Shown here piece by piece: positions 35,731 through 47,924 of a stretch of DNA of 64,000 bases. The stretch is from NCBI GenBank assembly GCA_044892505.1, contig CM097882.1, positions 465,620,001 through 465,684,000 on the forward strand, given 5' to 3'. The notes under the pieces were generated by a model that saw nothing but the letters and a program-made list of their open reading frames with translations, did no database searches and was not told the origin of the DNA. The position numbers and the translations under genes are program-made. Each line of letters starts with the position of its first letter. Position 1 is the first letter of the stretch. Source of the stretch: Schmidtea nova. Lineage: Eukaryota.

Positions 35731-38426
35731 TTCAATTTTATTGTTAACTTATCTTTTCAATTTAGTTAAATTTCGTATAATTCCACAAACAATTCAATAA
35801 GAATACCGTTCACAAATATTATTATTAATCTAAAATCAAATTGTTACAAAAAATTCAATTTAACAATTAACAATTTTAAACAACACAAAATTTTATATCG
35901 TTAATTTAATTTTATAATACATAAGTTTTTATCCTAAATTTAAGTTTTTAATATCACACATTTTATTTTTCTCTCTTAATTTTTCTTTCAATTTTTCTTT
36001 TAATTTTAATTTTTGTTTTCTTTACGATTTAGATTTATTGTTGTTCCTTAGGAAATTGACTCAAAATTTAAAGTCATTTCCTAAGTTACTAAATCACATA
36101 AGGTCAGGCGGAACAAAGATGACGCTCAGAGTATGATAATCTTGTTCAACAAAACATACAAGGACGTTATTTACAAGGACATAAAGTTGGTGCAGAGAGG
36201 AACCCGTTATGTAGTGAGTTGGAAGAAACGATTTTTAATGGATTTAACACCAACGCTTTTGTCGTTAAAAGATCAGAAATTCAAAGTCTTGTAACCCAGT
36301 TGCCTCTACAGTTTGATATTTTTTTGGATAAATTTAAAACTTTACAACACTGGGTTGATGGGTTTCTATTAAGGCGTGAAATGTCTTTAAGAAGGTCAAT
36401 AACATCATTTAAGTTAGATAATACAAAGGTATTATCATTTAATATCAGCTAATATCAGAAAATAGTGTATTTGTCAGAATTTTTGGAGAAGCGCTATACA
36501 GTTACCTAAGCAAAGAAATTTCAGTAAAAATGGCGAAATACGAGAAAGCTACAAATGAATTGCCAGTAAGTGTTGGCGGAAAACTACGATTTATGGAATC
36601 AATAACCCGAATACTTCTGGAAGAAAAAGTTAAACCGAAAATCTTACAATGTAATCGATTATTAGCCCCATTTTATCTTTTAGCACAAGATTGATGGATA
36701 TCGTTACCAGATTACCGAGGAGTGAAAACGGCAGACAAATTCGAATTGACAAATTTAGAATACTTAATAAATTTTACACCAATAAATAAAATGACACAAA
36801 TGGGTTTATATGCGAGCGAAGACATCGAAGAAGCACAAAAAATTTGTTATTTCCGTCAAAAAGGAATGTGTGATTTCAGAAATGATTGATACGATATTGC
36901 CGAATGGAGAAGAAAAAGTTAATTACGAATACTTGCAAACACCTGACCATTTTAAACGAGCTACTTACAAAACAATGGAAAAGATTTGGAGTAAATTTAT
37001 GTTTTTGGGACAAGCATGTGCAGGTCTAATTGGTATTTATGTAATTGTGGTAACCATAAAGGTAATAATATCACAAGTATTGTCCGCTCACAGGATAGAT
37101 ACAATTTCTGGATGGTCATGAAAAATGATTATTGGCTGTATTCCATTTTTGGCGAGATTCTTCATTACAAGTCATCACTACAAGGAAATGTCAAATGTTC
37201 GGGCGCAATTAAGAAATAATCAAAAAAGTAAAGAATCACTATGCGATCACGAGGATTAAAATAATGGCCATAATAACGAGAGCAATGCCGACAGATCAGA
37301 GCAGAAAATCTTTCGAAGGAGCATAATGAAAAGTAGAATAGAAACGAATCCAGGTTCTTGCTTGAACCAATGCCAAAATTAACCGGAATCGACACTCTTT
37401 CTCGATGGTACACACCGACATACGTACCAACAGCTCTAATATACCCAAGTGAAATATTGAGAGAATTGAAGCCAGTTGATGAGATAAAAGTCGAGTTAGA
37501 AAAGATTGAACCATCAAGTGCCGAAATTGAAATAAAGAACATGCTTGGGTTACCATGTAGTTACACATTAATGATAATAGAGTTAGGAGGAAAATAACCT
37601 AGAGTAGCCATATATTTTAATGAACGAAAAGTGAAAGCGTTATTGGACCCAGGTTCGAGTCACAGCATAGTATAGGAAAGTTTTTTTACGAAACATGGAA
37701 AAGCAAAAATAAAACCAACAACAAAAGTTATTAAATCAATGACGCATAACGTATTAAATAGTATTGGGAAATTGAAAGTCAAATTGAATATCGGAAATCA
37801 GGAAGTAACTCATTGGGTGTCAGTATTGAGAAAAAGACCTGGCATGGATTGGCATGGACATCATAGAACAATTACAAGGAATCTCACTTGACTTAAAGAC
37901 AGGAAAATTAATAAAAAGGCAGATGGGTGAAGTAGTACATGAAGTAGTAGAAGTCATTTTAAATCAAACATTGGAAGTATCACCAAAAAGTGAAGTAATA
38001 TACTACGCCAATGTAGAGAATGTTTCCGAAGACGAGTGCATATTTGAACCAAATCAAAAATTAATAGAAAATTACGACGTATCTATGTGTGACGAAATAG
38101 TGAAAATTAAAGACAAAATCGTGCCAGTAAGAATAGCTAATTGTAGCACAAAATCGATTCAGATGAAACCCAAAACAGTTGGGAAAACTGACGAAAATAA
38201 AAGAGGAAGAAGCACAAAAGCTACCTAGAAATATCAAGATCTATAAAGAACCTCAAGTAACAAGTGACGATTTAACGGATGTACAAAAACAAGAATTTGC
38301 TGCATATAGAAAAGGTATAAAAAAGCATTTGCGAAACATGAGTACGATATAGGACTCACTCAGATAATTGAACATGAAATACCATTGCTTGATGAAACCC
38401 CGATAAAAATACGACCGTATAGATTC

Positions 38427-38875
38427 TACTTCTCCCATCTGATCAAAGTTTTCTTGCGGAACTGGTATAGGATATGTGTCCTTTCTTGGTTTAATTTCCG
38501 ATAATCAACATAAAATTGTAATTCACCGTCCTTTTTCATTACTGCTATTGATGATAGGAATGGTGATGAACTATCTCTTATTATTTTAAATTTTTTCATT
38601 GCTTTAATTTGCCGATCGCTTTCCTCTTGATGTATATATGAAATTCTATACTATAGAATTTCATATATACATCAAGAGGAAAGCGATCGGCAAATTAAAG
38701 CAATGAAAAAATTTAAAATAATAAGAGATAGTTCATCACCATTCCTATCATCAATAGCAGTAATGAAAAAGGACGGTGAATTACAATTTTATGTTGATTA
38801 TCGGAAATAAAACCAAGAAAGGACACATATCCTATACCAGTTCCGCAAGAAAACTTTGATCAGATGGGAGAAGTA
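38427..38875. repeat. 449-bp near-perfect palindrome inside RT
   Basis: 224-bp arms centred on 38651, one mismatch seen. Confidence 0.95.
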
Positions 38876-41800
38876 CAATTCTTTACAGTAATTGATCTTA
38901 ACAAAGGATATAACCAATTTAAAATAAAAAAGGAGACAGGAGAAAAATTGCATTTTCAGATTGTAAAGGACTATATGAGTTTAATGTGCTAGCATTTGGT
39001 CTAACCGAAGCACCTGCTACGTTCCAGAGAGGTATAAATTTTGTTTTGCGTGATATACCGCATCCATTACTCTATAGCGATAATATTTTCAAATAGTTTT
39101 CAGGAGCACTTGAAAGATGTGGAAATAGAGTTTAAACTACTAATAGAAGCTAATCTCAAAATAAAACCTTCAAAATGTGAATGGGGAAAATTAGAAGTTG
39201 TTTATGTAGGAAATATTATTTCACGACGAGGGTCCAGAAAATGTAGAAAAGATTAAAAAATACCCAATGCCCAAAAATACGGATCAAGTCAGATAATTTC
39301 TGGAATTAGCTAGTTATTATAGAAAATTCATTAAAAATTTCTCGCATATCGCACAACCTTTAAATATATTGTTGAAAAAGCAGACCAAATTTAAATGGGC
39401 AACGACTCAACAAGAAGCATTTAATAAATTAAAAGAGAGTCTTATTTAACAACCAATATTAAAATGTCCAAACTTCAAAAACCCTTCATACTGATGACGG
39501 ATGCAAGCAATTTCGCATTATGAGCAGTTCTGGGACAGCAAGCAGAAGGCGAGATAGATCATGTAATCGCTTATGCCAGTCTTTCAATAAAACACAATGA
39601 AAAGAATTATTCCACTATTGAAAAAGAAACTTTAGCATTAGTATATGAGATAACTAATTTTTGACAATATTTGGTTGGGAGAAAGTTTATTGTATTTACG
39701 GATCATAACCCATTACAATGGCTAATGAAGCGTAGAGATTCAGCAAGTAAGTTAATCAGAGGGTCAATTGCGTTACAAGAATACGACTTTGAAATTAAGT
39801 ACCGGCCAGGGAAGTCGAACGCAAATGCGGATGCGATGTCGAGAATTCCTGAGGAAAATATTTTTAAAAATGAAATAAATTATGAAAATACCATATTTAT
39901 GGCAATTAAAACTACAAATAATATGAAAGAATTAGAGAAGGACCAAGAAAATGATGTTGGCGTAAATCAATTGCGTAAAAATGCCGTCAAAATAAAAAGG
40001 AAAAGTGACTGGAAGCACATTGCTCCAGAAAAATATAAATATGTTATCCACGATGGCTTGTTAAAATGTGTTAAAAATGAAAATTTATTAATTGTAGTAC
40101 CAACACAACGTCAGACAGTATTACTGTTGTTATATCATGATGGGAAATCACGAGGACATTTAACTGCTCGAAAACACTGTCAAGATTAAAACAGAAATAA
40201 TATTTGGATACGATGGAACACGATGTCAGACAGTAGTGTCTTACTTGTTAAGTGTGTCTAACCAGGAAGAAAAATAAAGGTTCCTCTGAAACCTATGCCC
40301 GTGCCACTAGCACTAATGGAAATGACAGCAATGGACATTGTCGATCCACTACCAGAAACAACTAATGTCAATAAATATATTATTGTTTTTTGTGACTATT
40401 TAACAAAATAGCCAAAAGCATATGCTATGCAAAATCAAAAAAGCGGAATCTGTGGCAAAAATATTTGTAGAAAACCTCATATTTCGGTACGGAGCACCAA
40501 GGAATTTGCTAACAGATCAAGGAACAGACTTTCAAAGCGAATTATATAAATCTATCACCGAATTATTTGGAATTCTAAAACTTAATACATCACCATATCA
40601 CACACAAACAGACGGTTTAGTCGAAAAATTCAATGGAACACTGATCAACATGATATCGTCGTATGTAAACAGAAAACAAAACGTTTAGGATTTGTTCATT
40701 ATACCATGTTTGTTTGCATATGGAAATGCAGTGAATGAAAGCACCGATGAAACACCCTTTTATCTTATGTACTTACGACGAAACAAAATGCCGATTGACT
40801 TAAATTTTCAACCGCCAATATCAAAAAAAAATGGACGTATCCGATTATAAAGTGGTAATGCAGGAAAGACTGCAATCAGTATGACCTTAAGCTGAACTTA
40901 AAATAAGGCATAACCAAGAAGCATATAAAGAATGCTACGACAAACGGGCACATGTACATGATATAAAGTTGGAGACTTGGTATACATAAATGAATCAGAG
41001 GCAGCGAAAGGACTGTCAACAAAGCTACTGCGACCATTTAAAGAGCCATATTTAGTTTGTGATGCAACAGAAACGAATTTAAAATTGCGCCCACAAAATA
41101 CTAAAAAAAAGCTGGAACGATTGCCATTCATGTAAATCGATGTATGAAAGTTACGGTGGAAGAACAGTATCCCCTGAGGTCAAAACCGAATAACGGTGAA
41201 AAAGAAAAAGTAATTTAATAAAAATTTACAAAAACACCACTCAATTAAAATTACTTGAGTAAAACGTTGCTGATTACAACAGTAATGATGATCAATGTTT
41301 TGTGTACCCATTATTAAAAAAGATCGATGTGTATTCAACATGTACCCAAATATTATGGATCTATCATTGCGAGAAATAGAAACTATTTCGAATACCACTA
41401 AAATTAAACTGTAACAAGAATATCCATGTCGCCCGTGAATTATCAATGGATTATAAATACCCTTGGGTAGTAACACAATTATAGTTTAAAGATAACCTGA
41501 CGAAACTCCATGATCTAATATGTGTCAATATATGGACAAAAAGGCTGCAAAATCGTGTATCAATTGAACCAGTATTCCATGAAATTAATGTACATTGGAA
41601 ATCTCATGAATCCCAGCAAGTAAAAACAGTCTTTCAAAATTATGCTATCGATACACTGAACAGCAGAAAACCATTTATAAATTATGTTAATTTAAAATTA
41701 TTTCAGATGTATAACATTCAAATAAAATATTTTGTAAAGTTTTTGTATGAAAGAGGAACTAAGAGTAACAATCAGTGGGTTCTAATCCATTCCAGTCAAC

Positions 41801-42722
41801 ACATGATACACTTGATCAATAAGACAAACAGAGTTATCTCTAATGTGTATAATCAGACGATAAAATGTTACCCGTCAAATGTACCCAAATAAAAGGGCTG
41901 TTCTATACTATTGTGGAAAAATACAAGCAATATTAGAAAAACAAAATGAATGACAGGTCTTATCTTTCCGACAACTACGATCAAAATCGTATTCTAAAAT
42001 TGTGCTAATAAAAATCAAATATTATCGACGAGCCAGATACTCTAATCTTTGGCAATTAACCTTAGTTGAGGACAAATTTGTGTTGGTATCATATACGGAA
42101 ATGGACAATTATTCACAGAAATTAAATCAATCAACTCGAATCACAAATAATAAAACTATATCATCCTCATTTACGGAAAATAAAATTCTACGTAACGTTG
42201 TTCATAAAAATTATCATTATAACAATATTTATCATTATTCTCATATCTTTTATCATCTACGAAATTCGAAAAACTGATAGACAGACTACGAATCAATCCG
42301 AGACTCGGATACCTTGGATCGATTATGACGAGACATTTGTATAGTGAGATACAATTATTTGCGTGCAATTACGGTATATTAATTGCGTAGCATCTAGTAA
42401 CATTTTCTTGTATCAATGTTTCATGTGAATCTGCTCTCTTCGAAATGGGAAAATTGGGAAATTGATTTAATTGGCTAATACTAAGAGTGAGGGGGTAGAA
42501 AAAAGGTCTAAAAAATTAAAAAGAGGGTATATAAGACAAACTTAAAAATCATAAAACTTAAAACAAATTTTAAAGAATTAAGAAAATTTTAAATTAAATC
42601 GGTAATTTTATATTTTTTTATTTATACCGCTACCGACTAAGACAGTATCTTTTAGGTACTCCGTCTTAGTCCTAGCGTCAAAATTAAATTAAATCAAATT
42701 TTAATTATAAACATTTAGAAAA

Positions 42723-43855
42723 ATGGAACAGCTACAATGGGCCAGGGAAACTTGCGGCAGTTACCTAAAGATGATGAAAAATCATGCCGGCCAAAGAAAA
42801 TTCCGGATGACCAACAACTTACAAATCCCAAATTACCTACGGTTGAATGATAGAAAATGAAAGTTCAATTATTCAACATCAACAGAATATCAAAATTCCA
42901 AATAACAAATGAATTAAAACTATCAAAAAAGGAAGAATACCCTATCCATGTAATCAGGGGTACGGTAGAAAAGCTAGATGAAAATGGACAAATATAGTGG
43001 GAGATCAAAAAACATTCTTCAAGCAAAATTAAGGATCCAGCAATTGGGAAAATATTACGAGTAGCAAACGAGGATGCCACAATTGTAGTGGAAACTAGAA
43101 TAAAAAACGAAATTGATGACGTACCCAGCAAGGTCCAATGTAGAAAGAAAATCATGAACTCTTAAAAATAACAAAGGAAATGTTGAAGAGAAAATTATCG
43201 TTTATTCGGAAGGAAATGGACATAGAAAAAATTCGCAGTAGGTTATTGTTCATTGATGTCGAAAATGGGAGCACTGATACATGAAAGATCATCCCCTTGG
43301 CGGTGGCCATTATGATCTATCATGGGGAAATTGTGAAAAATGTCTTCTTGACTCCTAGATGAAGACTCAAACATTTTAACTCAAACATCCATGGGATAAC
43401 GGAGGTGGCCAGCCGAAACGAAAATGACAAGTATATAGAAATGAAGGAGATTTAAAAACTGGCAATCGAAAAAATAATAGAAGGAGACGATTTACATGCA
43501 GAATTGCAATTCTTAGCAATATGGTTCAACCATCTTTTTGGCATTCAGGATCTAGCCACAGCTCAAGTTTTGCAATTGAAAGGAGTCATAAAAAGAGAAG
43601 TAACCATCAATGGGCAATGGTTCAAATTATCAATAGTATGCGACATAAAAATGCGAAAAGGAAAACATTCCGCATTGGAAGATACGGAATCAATTCGGAG
43701 AATTTACTTGGCTTTAGCAAGTCAATGGCAGGATGATGTGGAAAATGAGGAGACAGCCAGCAAAAGAAAATGTTCATTAGAAGATTACAGGAAGAGAAAA
43801 GCTCCAACAACCAGTGAGTTTATGAATGAACCAAAAGATAAAAGGAAATCTCTGT
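42723..43855 (+). pseudogene. Accessory ORF with DEDDh exonuclease domain (decayed)
   Basis: Frame from 43201: LLFIDVE (ExoI), VFLTPR*..HGIT, IIEGDDLHAEL, GIQDLA, GKHSALEDTESIRRIY (ExoIII); N-terminus NNLQIPNY resembles NQICIPND in ORF 53854-55953. Confidence 0.8.
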
Positions 43856-46742
43856 GCCGTTCGTCTGCGGATAATATGCAGTCGAACGCAGTCGTTTGAT
43901 GCCAAGCTGTTCGGATAAAGAGGTAAAAAGCTGTGATTCAAATTGCGCTCCTCTGTCGCTAATAATTTGTCTGGGAATGCCATATCGTGAAACCCATTCT
44001 GAAATGAAAGATTCAGCGACAATATTTGCTGAGACAGAACGTAGAGGAACAGCTTTACACCATCTTGTCTTCCTGTCTATAATTGTTAAAAGATACGAAA
44101 AACCATTGTTTGACCGACAAGATCAACGTGAACGGCATCAAATTAATTGCCTGTTGGAAAGTGCATGTGCGGTGGTTTAACGTGTCGAGTAATTTTGTCT
44201 GATTGGCATTTCAAACACTGACTATCTCGTCTCATAAAGGGCCAAACGACTTGGTTTCTTAGCAGCTGATAAGTGGCGGTCGAGCCAGGGTGACCTAAGT
44301 CGTGAACTGCACGGAATGCCTGTTTTCGAAGCTCGAATCCAAGAATAGGTCTAAGAGTTCCCGAAAGTGAAGAGTCTAAATCAATGCGGTCTACGTTTGA
44401 TTTATGGGGTTGAAAATATTGTAGATCAGCTTCGGTTGGTTTATTCTCGCAGAGTGGAACTAGTAAACAGGGGTTCCAAGGAGATAGCCTTGGCACTACG
44501 TTAGAGAAAATCAGCTAAAATGTTCTCTTTACCCGCTATGTGTCTGATGTCACTGGTGAACTCGGTAATGAAAGAAATTTGACGTAACTGCCTGGGAGAG
44601 TTATCCTTCATAGTTGTTAAATGAACCAACGGCTTGTGATCAGTGTAAACTGTAGTATATCTACCTCCGAGCAAATTTTTGAAATGTTTAATCGACAGAA
44701 ATATGGCTAAAAGTTCCCGAATGAACGCGGAATATTTGGTTTGAGTTTCGGTTAACTTCTTAGAAAAGAATTCACGAGGTCGAACTATACCATCTTGCAC
44801 CTGTGTTAACACAGCGCTTACTGCGACGTCGGACGCATCCGTGGTTAGACTGAAAGGCAGAGAATACTTTGGGTAAGCCAAAGTCTGAATTGATTCAAGT
44901 GCTTTTTTAGCTTCGATTTCTCTGTCCATTTTATAATATATCGCTTTGATCCCGAACTGTGCTAAGTCAAAGGAGCCAGAATATCAGATATCCTAGGTTT
45001 GAACCTGTGGCAATAATTGACTACGCCTAAAAAGCTGTGAAGCTGTGTGACAGTTTCCAGTTTAGAAAAATTTCTGATGGAATTTAAACGTTCAGTTTGT
45101 GGAGCTATTCCATCGGCGGATAAAGTGTGTCCCAGAAATTTTACACTTGATTGAAAGAATTGACATTTGGAATGATTTATCTTGAGTTGATGTTGCTCTA
45201 AGATTTTAACGAGTTTAGATAGATTCTGTTTATGTGTTTCGGCATCAGGCGATGCGACTAGGATGTCGTTGACGTAGGCTACTACATAATCTAGCCCGGA
45301 TAATATGTGATCGATATGTCGCTGGAATGTTTGTGCAGCGTTCCGTAAACCAAAAGGCATTCGCAGGAATTTGAAGAGACCTGTAGCAGTGATGACAGCT
45401 GTTTTTTGCATATCAGATGGAGCGACAGGAATTTGGTGGTATGCCTTCGTCAGATCGATCTTAGAAAATATTTTGTTACCTGTGAATCTGGCTAACGAAT
45501 CCTTTATAAGAGGCATTGAATATGAGTCGTGCTGTGTGACGGTATTTAAACGACGGTAGTCGCCACATATCCCGAAAGAAGAGTCTTTCTTAGGGACGAA
45601 ATGGATCGGAGAGGCCCAAGGTGAAGAAGATCTTTGGATCACTCCTGCTTGTAACAAATTATCATATTCTGTCTTCAGAAATGTCAAGTTTGCTCCGGAT
45701 ATCGGGCACACTCTCTCTATCTGAGTGGCGGTGAATTCAGAGTAAGGATTTGATGATAGAACCTTTGGTCTAAAGATCTTGTTGTATGAGTGAAGTTATC
45801 ATCGAAAATTCGATTAATGTTGAGTTTGTTAACAAAGTTCGTGAATAGATCGATAGAGAATGTATTGCATTCAGCAGTTTGATTAGAAGCGTCATTTAAA
45901 GACGTGGAATTAATATTGGGATCGATGACGGACAGTGAGCGTTTGTTGCAATCGATGATGATGTTAAAATTTTCAAAAAAGTCGATGCTCAGATCGATTC
46001 CCATTTCTGTAATTACACCCGATCTGACAAATGTGTGCGGAAACTCCTAACCTCTGATGATAATAACATATCCATGGAGTTTTATTACGTGTGTGGTCAC
46101 GCGACTGTGATCTCGGTCGCCTTCGGTCCGTTGATGTAGATCTTGCCTCAAGCTTCTGAACTTTTCTAGTGAGATTTTTGATTGCCGATATAAGAGGATT
46201 AAAAGAATGATCCGTAGAATTTTTAGTTTTCGTGGGTGTTGTTACTGAAATTTGGTTGCAGAAACCTGTATTTGGTTCTCGAGAAACCTCGGCTATTTTA
46301 TCAGCCATATTGGCGATATCGGCGAGTGAAGTCGAGTTGGAAACTGCTAAGATGGCTTGTGTTTGTTGAGGCAAGTCAGAAAGAAAAAAGCGACAAAGAA
46401 TAGCGTCATCTTGAGTGATGCCTTGCTGTAGCGATTCGAGGTTGTCTATGGCTTGCTTCAGGAATTCGGATGGTCGTTAGGAACTTAGGTGTTGAGTCTT
46501 GAAATATTTACAAAATATTTCTGCTTTTAGTTCCCTGAAGTTATTGATTATGGCATTTTTGAGGGAAGTAAAAGGATCAACTTCGGCAAAAAGGTTTGGT
46601 AAGAGATGCGCGAGTTAAGAAAGGAGTTCGATGGGGAGAAACGAGACAAGTTGGTCGAACTTTTGCTGTGAAGTCGCGATGTTTCTGGCGTGGAAGGATC
46701 GTTCAAAAATAAATAACCATGCGTTCGGTGATTCGTTTACAT

Positions 46743-47171
46743 CTAAAAAAATGGCTTGATGTTTAGGGTTGTAAAGATGTTGATACTCGTACTGTCTGCC
46801 GATGAAGTGAAAATGTGAGGATTTGGGGAATCAGGTGATAGGGGTGATAAGGTGGTGATGAGATCACTCTCATTCATGCCTCCACGTAATCTTAATGTCA
46901 CGTGTACAACTACTCCCGCCGGTAATACCTTGGCTAATGGTCCCTCATCGTTGGCTACGCTAAAACCTATGTGTGAGCAATAGAAGGTGTTTAATTTCAA
47001 GTGCAAAATGGAGCAAATGAAGCATTCTAAATCGTGCAAGGTTAGAGAAAGTGGAAACGTGCAAAATAAGTTGCGTGAGAAGTCTTGCATTAGTATAGTA
47101 GCCTTGGCGAGGACAGGAAAATAACGAGGCTCTTTCAGTAACACAGAAGGAGGTGGTGAAAGGACACGCAA
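46743..47171 (-). CDS. Ubiquitin-like domain ending LRLRGG fused to gag N-terminus
   Basis: About 74-aa Ub-length segment ending VVVHVTLRLRGG, then MNESDL...IKPFF; one extra T in the T7 run restores PFFLDVNESPNAW of gag. Confidence 0.8.
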   Translation of the reverse strand: MRVLSPPPSVLLKEPRYFPVLAKATILMQDFSRNLFCTFPLSLTLHDLECFICSILHLKLNTFYCSHIGFSVANDEGPLAKVLPAGVVVHVTLRLRGGMNESDLITTLSPLSPDSPNPHIFTSSADSTSINIFTTLNIKPFF

Positions 47172-47254
47172 AAGGAGGGGGAAATGTGGTGATAATTATT
47201 TTTTTAAAAATATAAATATAGAATTTTTTTAATATAAATAGATAATATAAATCA

Positions 47255-47273
47255 GATCCTGCTACTGACACCA
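47255..47273 (-). promoter_or_regulatory. Putative primer binding site (tRNA-Leu-like)
   Basis: TGGTGTCAGTAGCAGGATC one base after ...ACCACA; resembles the common TGGTGTCAGAAGTGGGAT PBS. Confidence 0.65.
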
Positions 47274-47274
47274 T

Positions 47275-47447
47275 TGTGGTATTTGCGTGGTTCGCCTCCA
47301 TTGCTAATTTTGTTTTTGTTATACGTCAATGCATTTGTTTGCCCCCGCAGGAAACAGGCATCAAGATTTCGAATTGCCGTCATAGCTTGTGGGTGAATTG
47401 CAAACAGCATTAAAGCCGTATTCTTTTTGTTAAACGTAATTGTAACA
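47275..47447 (-). repeat. Putative 5' LTR
   Basis: TGTTACA...ATACCACA bracket upstream of the PBS; no second LTR in window to confirm. Confidence 0.4.
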
Positions 47448-47496
47448 TTTACGTTAACCATCATGTTATTGTTTGCATTGATCCTTTCCTCGTTAT

Positions 47497-47707
47497 TTCG
47501 ACCGTGCATCATTAGAGAGTATATTAATCGCCTAACAATTGGACATTGTGCTTGTCTAAATCGTTTTGTTTGATAACGACCAGCAGACTGGGGAATTATT
47601 TTTGCATATTTTCCACTATAATTAATGCAATCTGCCATTGACAGATCGACAGCGCGAACATCATCAGTGCTCCATTTAATGAAAAGTTTAAAGTCAGGCA
47701 TATTCAC
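47497..47707 (-). pseudogene. RPS5: 40S ribosomal protein S5 (uS7) N-terminal fragment
   Basis: [47 protein letters not shown]; diverges after GRNN; substitutions at conserved positions. Confidence 0.92.
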
Positions 47708-47924
47708 AGTTTAACACAGAACACAAAATTATTTATATAAATAAATTCAACAATGCAAAAGCTATATTTTAAAATACAACAAAATTAAAACAAGCGTTTT
47801 TTATCTTTTCAGTTTTTTATACAATTTCTTTTTTATATAATAAAATATATATTCAATATACTCTTAATATATATTTAATTTATATTTAATATAAATATTA
47901 TATTTATTTATATATTAATTATAT

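Larger units (their letters stand above)
36190..43855 (+). mobile_element. Decayed env-before-pol Ty3/gypsy element (family of 53854-64000)
   Basis: Order: glycoprotein C-half (TNELPVSVGGKLRFMESITRIL; TM IWSKFMFLG..IGIY; CIPFLARFFIT), PR (KALLDPGSSHS), RT, RH, IN (GPY), hydrophobic extension, then a DEDDh ORF; many stops and frameshifts. Confidence 0.88.
43857..47447 (-). mobile_element. Ty3/gypsy element with Ubl-gag, truncated in integrase
   Basis: gag SPNAWLFIFE..RPSEFL, CYYHQRLG..C..GC knuckle, RT SPWASP/CGDYRRLN/PFGLRNAAQTFQR/YVNDIL, RH TTDASD, IN HDLGHPG/SDRGAQF/YYPQTNG. Confidence 0.9.
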
